Positions 1 to 8,847 of a stretch of DNA of 14,340 nt are shown here, in pieces. This DNA is from Promethearchaeota archaeon. GTDB lineage: Archaea > Asgardarchaeota > Lokiarchaeia > Sigyniarchaeales > SOKP01. Every line of letters begins with the position of its first letter. Within the stretch, counting starts at the first letter, position 1. Location: the NCBI GenBank assembly GCA_048938445.1, contig JBHLME010000115.1, forward strand, positions 1-14,340, read 5' to 3'. The position numbers and the translations under genes are program-made. The notes beneath the pieces are model-generated. The model worked only from the letters and a program-made list of their open reading frames with translations. It did not search any database and was not told where the DNA came from.

Positions 1-1680
1 AAAAGATTAAATGCTGCTGAAACTTTGGGGAGTGTAACAGTAATAGCAACTGATAAGACAGGAACTTTAACGGAAAATAAAATGAAGGTTGCGAAAATTT
101 ATTCAGACAGTAAATTAGAGGATTTAAATTTAGAAAACCTTAGTAATAATCAAGAAGAAATCTTAAAAATTGGAATTCTCGTCAATAACTTGAATATAAA
201 AGAAGATAATGGTGCTCTTCAATATATTGGGGATCCAATGGAGATCGCATTAGTTAAAGCAGCAAACAATGCAAAAATACCTATTAAAAAGATTAAAAAC
301 GAATATAATTTGCACTATGAGTTCAGTTTTGATAATCATAGGAGAATGATGTCCCAAATTTATTCAATAAATAATCATTTTATACTTTATACAAAGGGCG
401 CGCCAGAAAATCTATTAAACAAAACATCAACTTTGTTAATAGATGATGAAGAAATAACTATGACGGAAATTCTAAAACAAGACATAATGAAGATTGTAAA
501 TCAGTTAGCAATTCAAGGATTAAGGATATTAGGATTTGCTAAAAGGAGATTGGCTAGAGTAGAGCGAAATTTAGATGATGTTGAAAATAATTTAAATTTT
601 ATTGGACTTATTGGATTTATAGATCCTCCACGAAAAGAAGTAAGTAGTGCAATAAAGGCCTGTCAAAATGCTGGAATAAGAATTATAATGATAACAGGGG
701 ATTATGAATTAACCGCAAAAAATATTGCTGAAAATGTTGGAATTGAACATAAACACGTGATTACTGGCACTCAAATTGAAAAAATGGATGAGAATGAATT
801 AAAAAATGTTGTAATGGAAACATCTATATTTTCAAGAGCTACTCCTGAACACAAATTACAAATCGTTAATGCTTTAAAAAGTAATGGAGAAATAGTAGCA
901 GTGACCGGAGACGGAATAAATGATGCTCCTGCATTAAAAAGAGCAGATATAGGAATAGCAATGGGTGAAACAGGTACTGATGTTGCACGAGAAACTGCAG
1001 ATATGGTTTTGATAGATGATAATTTTACGACAATAGAAATTGCTATTGAACAAGGACGCAAATTGTATGATAACTTAAAAAAAGGAGTGAGATATTATCT
1101 AGCTGTAAAATTAGCATTGATCTTGATCTTCCTCACACCCATAATATTTAATGTACCTTTACCATTTGCTCCTATTCAGATAATATTATTAGAACTTTTT
1201 ATGGATTTAGCTGCTTCTACTACATTTGTAATCGAACCTACGGAAAGCTATGCTATGAAAATTAAAGCGCGCTCTCCTAATGAAAAATTTATCAACCTTA
1301 AAATGAGAGTGGATATTATTATTGGAGGTATAAGCTTAGGTATTGCTGTACTTTTGATCTATTTAATTACATATTTTCAAGGATTTCCTCAAGCAAGATC
1401 TATAGCGTTTGCTACCTGGATGGTAGGTCATATTTTCTTAGCAATAAATATGCGAACAAATAGGGATACATTATACCAGATTGGATTCTTTTCAAATAAA
1501 ATAATCTTGTTATGGGCTATAGGTGTTTTTGCTGTGCTGTTTTCGATAATTTACATACCCTCCCTTCAATTTGTATTCAAATTATCACCATTAAATATAT
1601 TTGATTGGCTCTATATTTTTCTCGTAGCATTTATATTTACCTTCTGGATAGAATTTATTAAAAACATTAAAAGGAAGTAA
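1..1680 (+). CDS. Cation-transporting P-type ATPase (type II-like), 5'-truncated by the window edge
   Basis: Frame is open from base 1 (KRLNAAETLGSVTVIATDKTGT), so the TTG at 25 is not the real start. Motifs seen: DKTGTLT phosphorylation site, GDPME, KGAPE, DPPR, MITGD, TGDGINDAPALKRADIGIAMG hinge, and about six C-terminal hydrophobic segments (M5-M10). Confidence 0.95.
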   Translation, partial: KRLNAAETLGSVTVIATDKTGTLTENKMKVAKIYSDSKLEDLNLENLSNNQEEILKIGILVNNLNIKEDNGALQYIGDPMEIALVKAANNAKIPIKKIKNEYNLHYEFSFDNHRRMMSQIYSINNHFILYTKGAPENLLNKTSTLLIDDEEITMTEILKQDIMKIVNQLAIQGLRILGFAKRRLARVERNLDDVENNLNFIGLIGFIDPPRKEVSSAIKACQNAGIRIIMITGDYELTAKNIAENVGIEHKHVITGTQIEKMDENELKNVVMETSIFSRATPEHKLQIVNALKSNGEIVAVTGDGINDAPALKRADIGIAMGETGTDVARETADMVLIDDNFTTIEIAIEQGRKLYDNLKKGVRYYLAVKLALILIFLTPIIFNVPLPFAPIQIILLELFMDLAASTTFVIEPTESYAMKIKARSPNEKFINLKMRVDIIIGGISLGIAVLLIYLITYFQGFPQARSIAFATWMVGHIFLAINMRTNRDTLYQIGFFSNKIILLWAIGVFAVLFSIIYIPSLQFVFKLSPLNIFDWLYIFLVAFIFTFWIEFIKNIKRK

Positions 1681-1712
1681 TTATTTTTTCTCTATTTTTT
1701 AATTCTTCTTTT
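1681..1712 (+). terminator. Oligo-T tract terminator candidate after the ATPase
   Basis: ttattttttctctattttttaattcttctttt immediately follows the TAA; archaeal termination uses U-rich tracts. Confidence 0.4.
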
Positions 1713-1860
1713 TAAATGATATTAAATTTTGGCAAAACAATATTTTTTCAAATAATAGGAATATTATTTAATAAAATCGGGGAACAAGGTAATTTTTACG
1801 ATTCTTATAATTATATGAAATTATTCTTTAAAAATTAATAAACTATCACCAGAGGGAATT

Positions 1861-3063
1861 TTATTTATTCATCATTTCAGGTAGCAATATGATAAAATTA
1901 CATCCTTTAGAAGAATCACCATTGATTCGATCTTCAACCCATATTTCTCCATTAAAACAATTAATTAATCTTTTTACAAGCAATAGACCTAATCCCATTC
2001 CCTGTCCTTTTTCTGATTGCATAATTCTACTTTTAAAAATTTGCTCTTTCATGATATCGGGTATACCAATCCCATTATCAAGAAATTCTACTTTTATATA
2101 ATTAGAGCTATTTTTAACTAGTTTAGAAACAGAGATCACTATTTCAATTATAGATTGATCATTATATCTTACAGCATTAAATATTATATTTTCAAATGCT
2201 TGTTCAAGTAGTTCATTAGCATAAATGAATAAATGCTGAACAGTAGAATTAATTTGCATGTTAATTTTTTTATCAGGAAAACTTTTATTGATGAATTCAA
2301 TGCTTTTTTCTAAGGACTTTATAACATTTAGTGGTTTGAACATTAATTTTGTCTCAGAAATTTGTGATAATGCACGAATATTAGAAATTAGTCGCGATCC
2401 CCTTGTGATCTGATCTTTTGTTAATTCTTGTAATTTGTTGAATTCATCAATTTTCTCAAAATTTTTATTTAAATTTGAAATGATGTATAAAAATCCTTGA
2501 ATACTTTGAAGGATATTGCTAATATCATGGACAAACAAGTCTTTATATAGTTCCGCTCGCTTGAATGCTTCTCGATATTTTTTTTCAGATTCTTTTAATT
2601 GTTCTTGAAAGATACATGCCTTACAAGCATTCGCAAGTTTTAGATAGATTGGTTCTAATGATTTAATTATCTCAGGACTCAGCATTTCATTATTTTTTAT
2701 GAGAACTATCAAGCCAAAATCTGGTAATTCCATAATATGAAAGAAATTATTATCACTATCTTTACCGATAATTGGTAAATTTTTATAAAATTCATCTCTT
2801 TGAGAATTATCAAGAAGAATGGGGATATCTTTAAGTGTTTTTTGATATGTTTTATTATTATACGGATTACGGGGGATGGAATAAATTTCTTTGAAATATT
2901 TGCGATTTTTTTCTAACTTTAGAGCAAATATAGCTCCTATAAAACAATTTAACTTTCGTAATATTGAAAATAACGAATTCCTTAACATTCGATTTAAATC
3001 AAGACTCGTACCTATTTCCATAGAAATTTCATAAATAATTTGAATTTGTTCAGCCAATAACAT
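1861..3063 (-). CDS. Soluble sensor histidine kinase (N-terminal GAF-like region, coiled coil, HisKA, HATPase_c)
   Basis: H-box LFVHDISNILQSI, N-box FENIIFNAVRY, G1 DNGIGIP, G2 GMGLGL; linker LKESEKKYR; no transmembrane segment. The GAF-like assignment is an inference. Confidence 0.92.
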   Translation of the reverse strand: MLLAEQIQIIYEISMEIGTSLDLNRMLRNSLFSILRKLNCFIGAIFALKLEKNRKYFKEIYSIPRNPYNNKTYQKTLKDIPILLDNSQRDEFYKNLPIIGKDSDNNFFHIMELPDFGLIVLIKNNEMLSPEIIKSLEPIYLKLANACKACIFQEQLKESEKKYREAFKRAELYKDLFVHDISNILQSIQGFLYIISNLNKNFEKIDEFNKLQELTKDQITRGSRLISNIRALSQISETKLMFKPLNVIKSLEKSIEFINKSFPDKKINMQINSTVQHLFIYANELLEQAFENIIFNAVRYNDQSIIEIVISVSKLVKNSSNYIKVEFLDNGIGIPDIMKEQIFKSRIMQSEKGQGMGLGLLLVKRLINCFNGEIWVEDRINGDSSKGCNFIILLPEMMNK

Positions 3064-3065
3064 AA

Positions 3066-4202
3066 TTAATCTTCAAATGTCGCTACAATACAAGTTCTAT
3101 TGTAATATTCAAGGTAATCATTTCCATTATTTGCAATTTCTCCCCCAATAGTAAGTGCACCTATTAAATTAGTTTTTCCGTCATAAATCGCATTTACCTC
3201 TTCAGAGAAACGTCCTCCGAGAAATTGCTGTCTAGCAGTACATTCGAAACAAATCGTAGTTTTATAAGGATTTTTTCCTTTATACATTTTTTTCGCAACC
3301 TCAAAAGCATTTTTAGCCGCTTTAATTGAAGATTCTGGTGTAGTCCTTAATATATCAACAAATTCTCCTTCTTTTATTTCTGGTGAAAATAAAAGCTCAT
3401 TTTTTTCATAAACTCCTAAAGGTTCAAGAACAATTTTTTCCGCATCCAACCGATTTATTCCTAACGCAAAATGAGTATCAACTCCATAAAAACCTTTATC
3501 TTTATGATCATATTTTGGATGTTTTTCAATAATATTTTTGTAAAATGAAAAAGCAGGTTCCCAGTTTAAGGAGTAAATTGTATTACCTTTTGCTTCGGTA
3601 ATTTTGTAAGAACCATCTATTGATTTCATTCCATGTCTTACTCCTACACCACATTCTTTATCTATTAATGCCAAGATTGCGCAATCTTGCATCAAACCTT
3701 CATTCGTGAATAAACAAGGTTTCATTATTAAATCTAATGAGCCTGCTCCACCTCCAAAATACTTAAGTTCAAGTCCAAAGACAATGAAAAGTGATTCTAA
3801 AAGGGTATTAACTCTTTTACTCATTCCATCGACAATAACTACCATCGTTTTTCCATTGCTAACTTCAGGAAAGGCTTTTTCAAGAACATCATCATAATCT
3901 AAGGTATCGCTACTTAAATTAGGAATCAACTGAATATTAGGTTTTGAAGAAAGACCTGAAATTATTGTACCATTTTCTAATACTTCGCTATTATAAATTA
4001 TTGAAGGAAAAATACCTCCAAAGATGGGAATTGAAATATCTAAGAGCAAATAATCTAATTTCTTTTTAGTAAAGTTATTTTTATCACATGAAAAAATAAA
4101 TAGGCCTTCAATCGATTCATTTTTAAGAATATTGTCTAAAATTTCTTTGAAACCTTCCACAGTTCCAGTTCTATCTACTTCAATAATCATTTTAATATCC
4201 AA
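3066..4202 (-). CDS. FIST (FIST_N + FIST_C) domain sensory protein, NosP-like
   Basis: FIST-typical motifs: PIFGGIFP, VIVDG, FGGGAG, V.HG...I, ITEAKGNTIYSLNWEPA, C..R..FLG, GALTIGGEI, YYNRT. Start is either TTG 4202 or ATG 4190. Confidence 0.88.
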   Translation of the reverse strand: MDIKMIIEVDRTGTVEGFKEILDNILKNESIEGLFIFSCDKNNFTKKKLDYLLLDISIPIFGGIFPSIIYNSEVLENGTIISGLSSKPNIQLIPNLSSDTLDYDDVLEKAFPEVSNGKTMVVIVDGMSKRVNTLLESLFIVFGLELKYFGGGAGSLDLIMKPCLFTNEGLMQDCAILALIDKECGVGVRHGMKSIDGSYKITEAKGNTIYSLNWEPAFSFYKNIIEKHPKYDHKDKGFYGVDTHFALGINRLDAEKIVLEPLGVYEKNELLFSPEIKEGEFVDILRTTPESSIKAAKNAFEVAKKMYKGKNPYKTTICFECTARQQFLGGRFSEEVNAIYDGKTNLIGALTIGGEIANNGNDYLEYYNRTCIVATFED

Positions 4203-4708
4203 ATTCTTAAATATATTTATTAAACATATTCCTTGAGAATTTTACATTATTTTAATAAAGAAATTTAATAGATCTGAAAATTACTTTGAATTTACTAATT
4301 TAAATATCTAATAGAGAAAGTTATATTTATATTTAGTGTGGTCTCTAAAAGAATATATTTCGTTTATAAATTTTCATTTTGTATTACCGAGAATATTTTT
4401 TTTCAATTTAGTTATCTAGTTTAGATTATCATTTTAAAAATTTGTAAATTATTATGAACCAATTATTTTGATACGTCAATTAATTTAATAGAAATAAATA
4501 GCAATTTTTTGCAGTAATTTTATGATTATAATTAAAATGGCTCTTATATTTTGAGATTTCAAAGTTATAAACATTTTATAATATATATGCTAAGGTATAT
4601 TAGGAGCAATTAAAAAGTCTAGATAACCACATTTTCTAAATTTAAAATATTTCTCATATAAACATTTAATATAGTATAATTATTAATATACAATTCTATT
4701 CTTAAAAT

Positions 4709-5866
4709 ATGGTAAATAATAAAAAGTTACTATTTGTAGATGGTGCCAAAGGTCATACAGGTATATTTCTTATTAAAGCACTTTTAGAAAAATATGAGAA
4801 ATGCGAAATTATAGCTACTGATCTTCCTCCTAATGAGCGGGAATCGATAATGACTAAAGAAAAAGTATTTAGAAACGATAATAAAGAAATATATGAAGTA
4901 TTGAAAGATCAGAGAGTAAAATTTATTCCTGCGAATCTCACAAATAAATCATCATTAAACCCACTTTTTCAGGAAAAACAATATGATGTGATTTTTCATA
5001 CTGCAAGTTTATACGATTATTTTGCAGATTTAAAACTTTTAAGAAAAATCAATGTTCAGGGAACTAGAAATTTATTAGAAGTTATATGTAAAACACAAGA
5101 TTTAAACATAGTAAGGTTCATACATTGGAGCACGTGTGGGGTATACGGTGAACCTGACTATAAATATGATCCTAAAACAAAATACGTAATACCTGCAAAT
5201 GAAAATGCTTCTTATGATCCTCCTAACGATTATAGTATTTCAAAAATGGAACAAGAATTAGTTGTTAAAGAATTCTATAATAAAAAGGGATTAAAAATGA
5301 CTATTTTGCGCCCAGCTCCGATTTATGGACCATATCAATCATATGGAACTTTTCATATACTACATTTGGCTAAAATAATGGGAAATGGATTTGTAATTTT
5401 GCTCTTTCCCAAAAAACATAGACTAATGTTTCCTTCGATACATGTTCTAGACTTGGTTCTTGCGGCCATATACGTTTCCGAAAAAGATGAAGCAATTGGA
5501 GAAGCATATAATATATTGCACGATCCAATTTGGATGGATGAATGGTTGGAGTGGTTGAATGAATGTTTAAGTGTAAGATATAACATTCTTCCTATATGGT
5601 TTCCTTTGTTTAAATTATTAGCTAAGGCACTCGCATCAATTGCAAAACTTAAAAATAAAAAAGCTAGAAAATTGGGAATACGTCCCATAGTAGATCTTCC
5701 AATGGTCAAGTATTTAACTCATCAATATGCATTTTCTAACCAAAAAATTAAAAATTTAGGGTATGAATTCAAATTTGATACGATTAATGGCTTTAAAGAA
5801 ACTATAGATTGGTATTTCGAACACGGGTGGCTCCCATCTGTAACAAATAAAATCGAGGTGTATTAA
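4709..5866 (+). CDS. NAD-dependent epimerase/dehydratase family protein (extended SDR, 3-beta-HSD-like)
   Basis: Rossmann GxxGxxG (DGAKGHTG), acidic residue after beta2 (IATD), IFHTAS, INVQGTRN, STCGVYG, catalytic YSISK, LRPAPIYGP, IHVLDLV, GEAYN. Confidence 0.9.
   Translation: MVNNKKLLFVDGAKGHTGIFLIKALLEKYEKCEIIATDLPPNERESIMTKEKVFRNDNKEIYEVLKDQRVKFIPANLTNKSSLNPLFQEKQYDVIFHTASLYDYFADLKLLRKINVQGTRNLLEVICKTQDLNIVRFIHWSTCGVYGEPDYKYDPKTKYVIPANENASYDPPNDYSISKMEQELVVKEFYNKKGLKMTILRPAPIYGPYQSYGTFHILHLAKIMGNGFVILLFPKKHRLMFPSIHVLDLVLAAIYVSEKDEAIGEAYNILHDPIWMDEWLEWLNECLSVRYNILPIWFPLFKLLAKALASIAKLKNKKARKLGIRPIVDLPMVKYLTHQYAFSNQKIKNLGYEFKFDTINGFKETIDWYFEHGWLPSVTNKIEVY
5855..5860 (+). promoter_or_regulatory. 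Shine-Dalgarno site for the 5868 ORF
   Basis: GAGGTG lies 7 nt before ATG 5868, inside the end of the SDR gene; the two genes are 1 nt apart. Confidence 0.6.
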
Positions 5867-5867
5867 A

Positions 5868-6419
5868 ATGAGTTTTTTTGAGGGAATGATGTTATGTTTT
5901 TTATGTGGTTGGTTGAATTCATATCTTTATAGTTATCACTTTAGCAAAAATCATAAAGGATTTTTATTCTGGTTTGCAGTTATATTCTTAGGGATTTTAA
6001 TAATCCTAGATTGTTTAATTTTTTTTAATATCATTAATGCTCGATTGTTTACTGTAATTCCCTGGATTCGGATACCCGAAACCATTGTTTTTGCTGATGT
6101 TGGTAAATATTGGCTATTTACTCCAGGATTAATTTTTGGATTTCCCCTAGAATTTCCCGTAATTAATTATAATGGATTGGTTTGGAATTTTTATGCAATA
6201 ATTTTTATGATCTCATATATATGGTGGTGGGTAATAGGTCAAAACTGCGGGAGATTCATGTATGGAAGACAAGAATATGAAAAAGGTGCATGGTATTTAT
6301 TGCGGTCAACTAAAAAGGTTAAAAAATCGCGAGATAAACTTGAGAAAAAAACTAATAATAAAAATGATGATATTATAATGAATGATAAAAAAAAGCAGAA
6401 AAAAATTGGATTTAGTTAG
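5868..6419 (+). CDS. Hypothetical membrane protein (3-4 TM, basic C-terminal tail)
   Basis: 183-aa ORF with SD site, coupled to the SDR gene; aromatic-rich hydrophobic segments; no family recognised. Confidence 0.75.
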   Translation: MSFFEGMMLCFLCGWLNSYLYSYHFSKNHKGFLFWFAVIFLGILIILDCLIFFNIINARLFTVIPWIRIPETIVFADVGKYWLFTPGLIFGFPLEFPVINYNGLVWNFYAIIFMISYIWWWVIGQNCGRFMYGRQEYEKGAWYLLRSTKKVKKSRDKLEKKTNNKNDDIIMNDKKKQKKIGFS

Positions 6420-6445
6420 GAAACCTAACTAAACCAACTATTTTT
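6401..6445. terminator. Stem-loop between convergent genes, possible bidirectional terminator
   Basis: Perfect 10-bp inverted repeat tttagttagg-aaa-cctaactaaa (6411-6433), extended by ttgg/ccaa after a 1-nt bulge, with an A-run on the left and a T-run on the right. Confidence 0.6.
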
Positions 6446-6493
6446 CCAGGATTCACCACGCCCTTTATTAGATTTTGAAAAAAGCTCTAATTA

Positions 6494-7204
6494 CTACCAA
6501 ATTTCAAATTTTTCATCAAGTTTAAGACCATAGTCCATTGCACCAAACACGATGGTATATGGGATTAGCAGATCTAAGACGCTTGAATAAGAATTGAGAA
6601 TAATAGTAAATATTATTATTGCTGACCATCCGGTAATATTTCCAAAGCCAAGATAATCTAAGTTTGCCCAAGCAAAATAATCTGACCATGCTGTTAAGAA
6701 GAACAAAATATTGAAGATCAACATTGTTATAATTCTTAATAAGGACCCTATAATTCCAGTTATAAGGAAGTTTTTTGGATTTTTTAACTTTTGGCTATTC
6801 CTTTCTCCTTCTTTACGTTTATATAGTCTTAATAGTAAAATTGGAACAATTATTAATGGTATCGTAGCAAAAAATTTAAATAATGTCCCTATCCCTGTTG
6901 GATCCGCGAAAAATAATCCTATTGATCCTACTACAGTACATACTAAGCCGGCCTCTACCCCAAATATGAAAAAACAAAGGAGCCATATTATTGCAGAGGG
7001 ATCATAATATGCTATTTCCCATCCTGGTATTCTTGGTAAGATTGGAACAACATTCGCACTCAGAACTAATGAAATCGCGCTAAAGATTGCTGCTCCAGCA
7101 ATTTGTATCGTTCTTTGAGTTTTTTTGGAAATTGTGAATTCTTTTTCATCTAATCTTTTTTCCGCAGATTTTTCTTTCTTATCATTAAATGTTGTTAAAG
7201 TCAT
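6494..7204 (-). CDS. ECF transporter S component (substrate-binding; substrate not determined)
   Basis: AIFSAISLVL first helix (AxxxA), then P...YYDPSAIIWLLCFFIFGVEAG resembling the D.S.IP.L...F.FG...G signature of RibU/PanT-like S components; about 6 TM. Confidence 0.75.
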   Translation of the reverse strand: MTLTTFNDKKEKSAEKRLDEKEFTISKKTQRTIQIAGAAIFSAISLVLSANVVPILPRIPGWEIAYYDPSAIIWLLCFFIFGVEAGLVCTVVGSIGLFFADPTGIGTLFKFFATIPLIIVPILLLRLYKRKEGERNSQKLKNPKNFLITGIIGSLLRIITMLIFNILFFLTAWSDYFAWANLDYLGFGNITGWSAIIIFTIILNSYSSVLDLLIPYTIVFGAMDYGLKLDEKFEIW

Positions 7205-7479
7205 TTTTTTACCATTCTAACTTTTTATTTTGTTATAATAGTTAATTGAAGATAATAGATACATATTTAAATTAATTATGAGTTAATTGATATTGAGAAA
7301 AGGTAACCATTAGAGAGGTAAAATAATAATAAAGCTGCTGATTCATCAAAATAATAATTCTTTTAGTATATTTTTTTCCTTATATTTAAAAATATTTATG
7401 AAAAATATCTTCAATTCCAAATTTTCATTCATTTCATCTACTCATATTTGAGTAAATAATAAAATGGACTTAATAAAAA

Positions 7480-8835
7480 TCAATCAGATTTTAATAATTT
7501 TTTTTCCTTTGCATCTAGTTCTAGCCAATCACTCACAACTTTCTGCTGCTTTCGAGATGAATTGCTTAATATTCGTAAAAAAGGAAGAAAATCTTGCATG
7601 ACTTCATATTGAGAGATTTCATATTTTTTATTGATTTTTTCTACTAAACTCCCTTCAGCAGAGCTTAATGAAGTGGAACTAAAGTATTTAGGATTAGTTA
7701 TTCTCACAAATCCTTTTGACGGACTGGTTTCTTTCCTTGATAATACAACACCTCCAGCAAAAAGGTCATAAAAATATGGCAATAAGCCCCAGTACATGTT
7801 CTTCCGAATTCTGCCAAATATCTCATCTGCTAAAGAAAGATTTTCATAAGCACTCGCAAGATCACTGTTAGTATGGATAAAGCTTGGAAGATTTTCACTT
7901 ACCCATTTGTATAAAAAATTGTAATCCACGTCTGATTTGTCTGTCAATTTGCGAGCGTCTCTAAGAGTTTTAACCTCCTGAAATAATTCTCTTATGAGTG
8001 AAAAAATCTCTTCAATGCTATCTCTTCGTAAATCATTTAATAACTCAATATCTTCAATGGTGCTACCTTGGCTAATTCCTTGGAGGTCATTAATGACTCC
8101 CCTCAAGTCTCCATTGTTTTTTTCAACAATAACTTCTAAATCTGCTGGTATAATTCCGGTGATTTTCTCACTTTTTAAAACTTTACTAGCAATCTTGGTG
8201 ACTTCCGATTTAGATAATGGATTTACCTCGAATTTTTTTATTTTACTATATAAGGATTGAAGACTCTGTTTGTATTCATTTGAACATAAAATAATTGGAA
8301 ACTGGGTTTTGTTAATTAAATCTAAAATGGTTGGAACGGCACCTCTATCTTTTGTACCATATATTCCATCGACCTCGTCAATAAGTATTAACTTTTGCTT
8401 TGCTTCAACAATAAAATCCATTATTCCTCTAGATTTTGTTGTTTCGGTTAATTTTTTTTCCAAGGTTTCACGAGTTCGAGTGTCAGAAGCATTGGTTTCA
8501 ATCACATCCATGTTTAAATCATTAGCTAAAGCATAAACAATTGAAGTTTTACCGATACCCGGTTTCCCTTCAAGTAAAACAGCTGATTTTTCTAATGATA
8601 ATCTGTTTTCTTCCTTTTGATCTTTTTCTGATGCATTTCGATTATGAATTCTGATTTGTTTATTTTGCTCATTAATTTTTTCAATTTCAATAAAAAAGTT
8701 TTTAATAAATTTCATTAATTCTTCTGCTAGATTTACTCTATGTCCACTAACCTTTGCATTAGGTATTGCCATCTCTTTTAAACTTTTAGGACGATATTTT
8801 TCAACCCATGGCAAATTTGATTTTGTACTTGACAT
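7480..8835 (-). CDS. rfcL: Replication factor C large subunit (clamp loader)
   Basis: PWVEKYRPKSL, Walker A GKPGIGKT, ETNASDTR, Walker B LIDEVDG, GDLRGVINDLQ, WVSENLP, LSLADEIFGRI...YWGLLPY; no SRC motif, as expected for the large subunit. Confidence 0.93.
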   Translation of the reverse strand: MSSTKSNLPWVEKYRPKSLKEMAIPNAKVSGHRVNLAEELMKFIKNFFIEIEKINEQNKQIRIHNRNASEKDQKEENRLSLEKSAVLLEGKPGIGKTSIVYALANDLNMDVIETNASDTRTRETLEKKLTETTKSRGIMDFIVEAKQKLILIDEVDGIYGTKDRGAVPTILDLINKTQFPIILCSNEYKQSLQSLYSKIKKFEVNPLSKSEVTKIASKVLKSEKITGIIPADLEVIVEKNNGDLRGVINDLQGISQGSTIEDIELLNDLRRDSIEEIFSLIRELFQEVKTLRDARKLTDKSDVDYNFLYKWVSENLPSFIHTNSDLASAYENLSLADEIFGRIRKNMYWGLLPYFYDLFAGGVVLSRKETSPSKGFVRITNPKYFSSTSLSSAEGSLVEKINKKYEISQYEVMQDFLPFLRILSNSSRKQQKVVSDWLELDAKEKKLLKSD

Positions 8836-8847
8836 TTTATCCTTACC

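Noticed and set aside
25-27. TTG start of the ATPase
   Set aside because: The frame is open to base 1 and the A-domain and M1-M4 are missing; the gene starts upstream of the window and is not a pseudogene on present evidence.
4203-4708. 506-nt AT-rich gap as origin, ncRNA, CRISPR or mobile element
   Set aside because: No ORB-like G-string repeats, regular repeats, terminal inverted repeats or GC-rich stems seen; adequately explained as a divergent promoter region.
6417-6428. Pyrrolysine or readthrough at the hairpin-embedded TAG
   Set aside because: Readthrough meets TAA two codons later (TAG GAA ACC TAA).
7439-7454. Small inverted repeat tactca-tatt-tgagta downstream of rfcL
   Set aside because: A 6-bp AT-rich stem is expected by chance.
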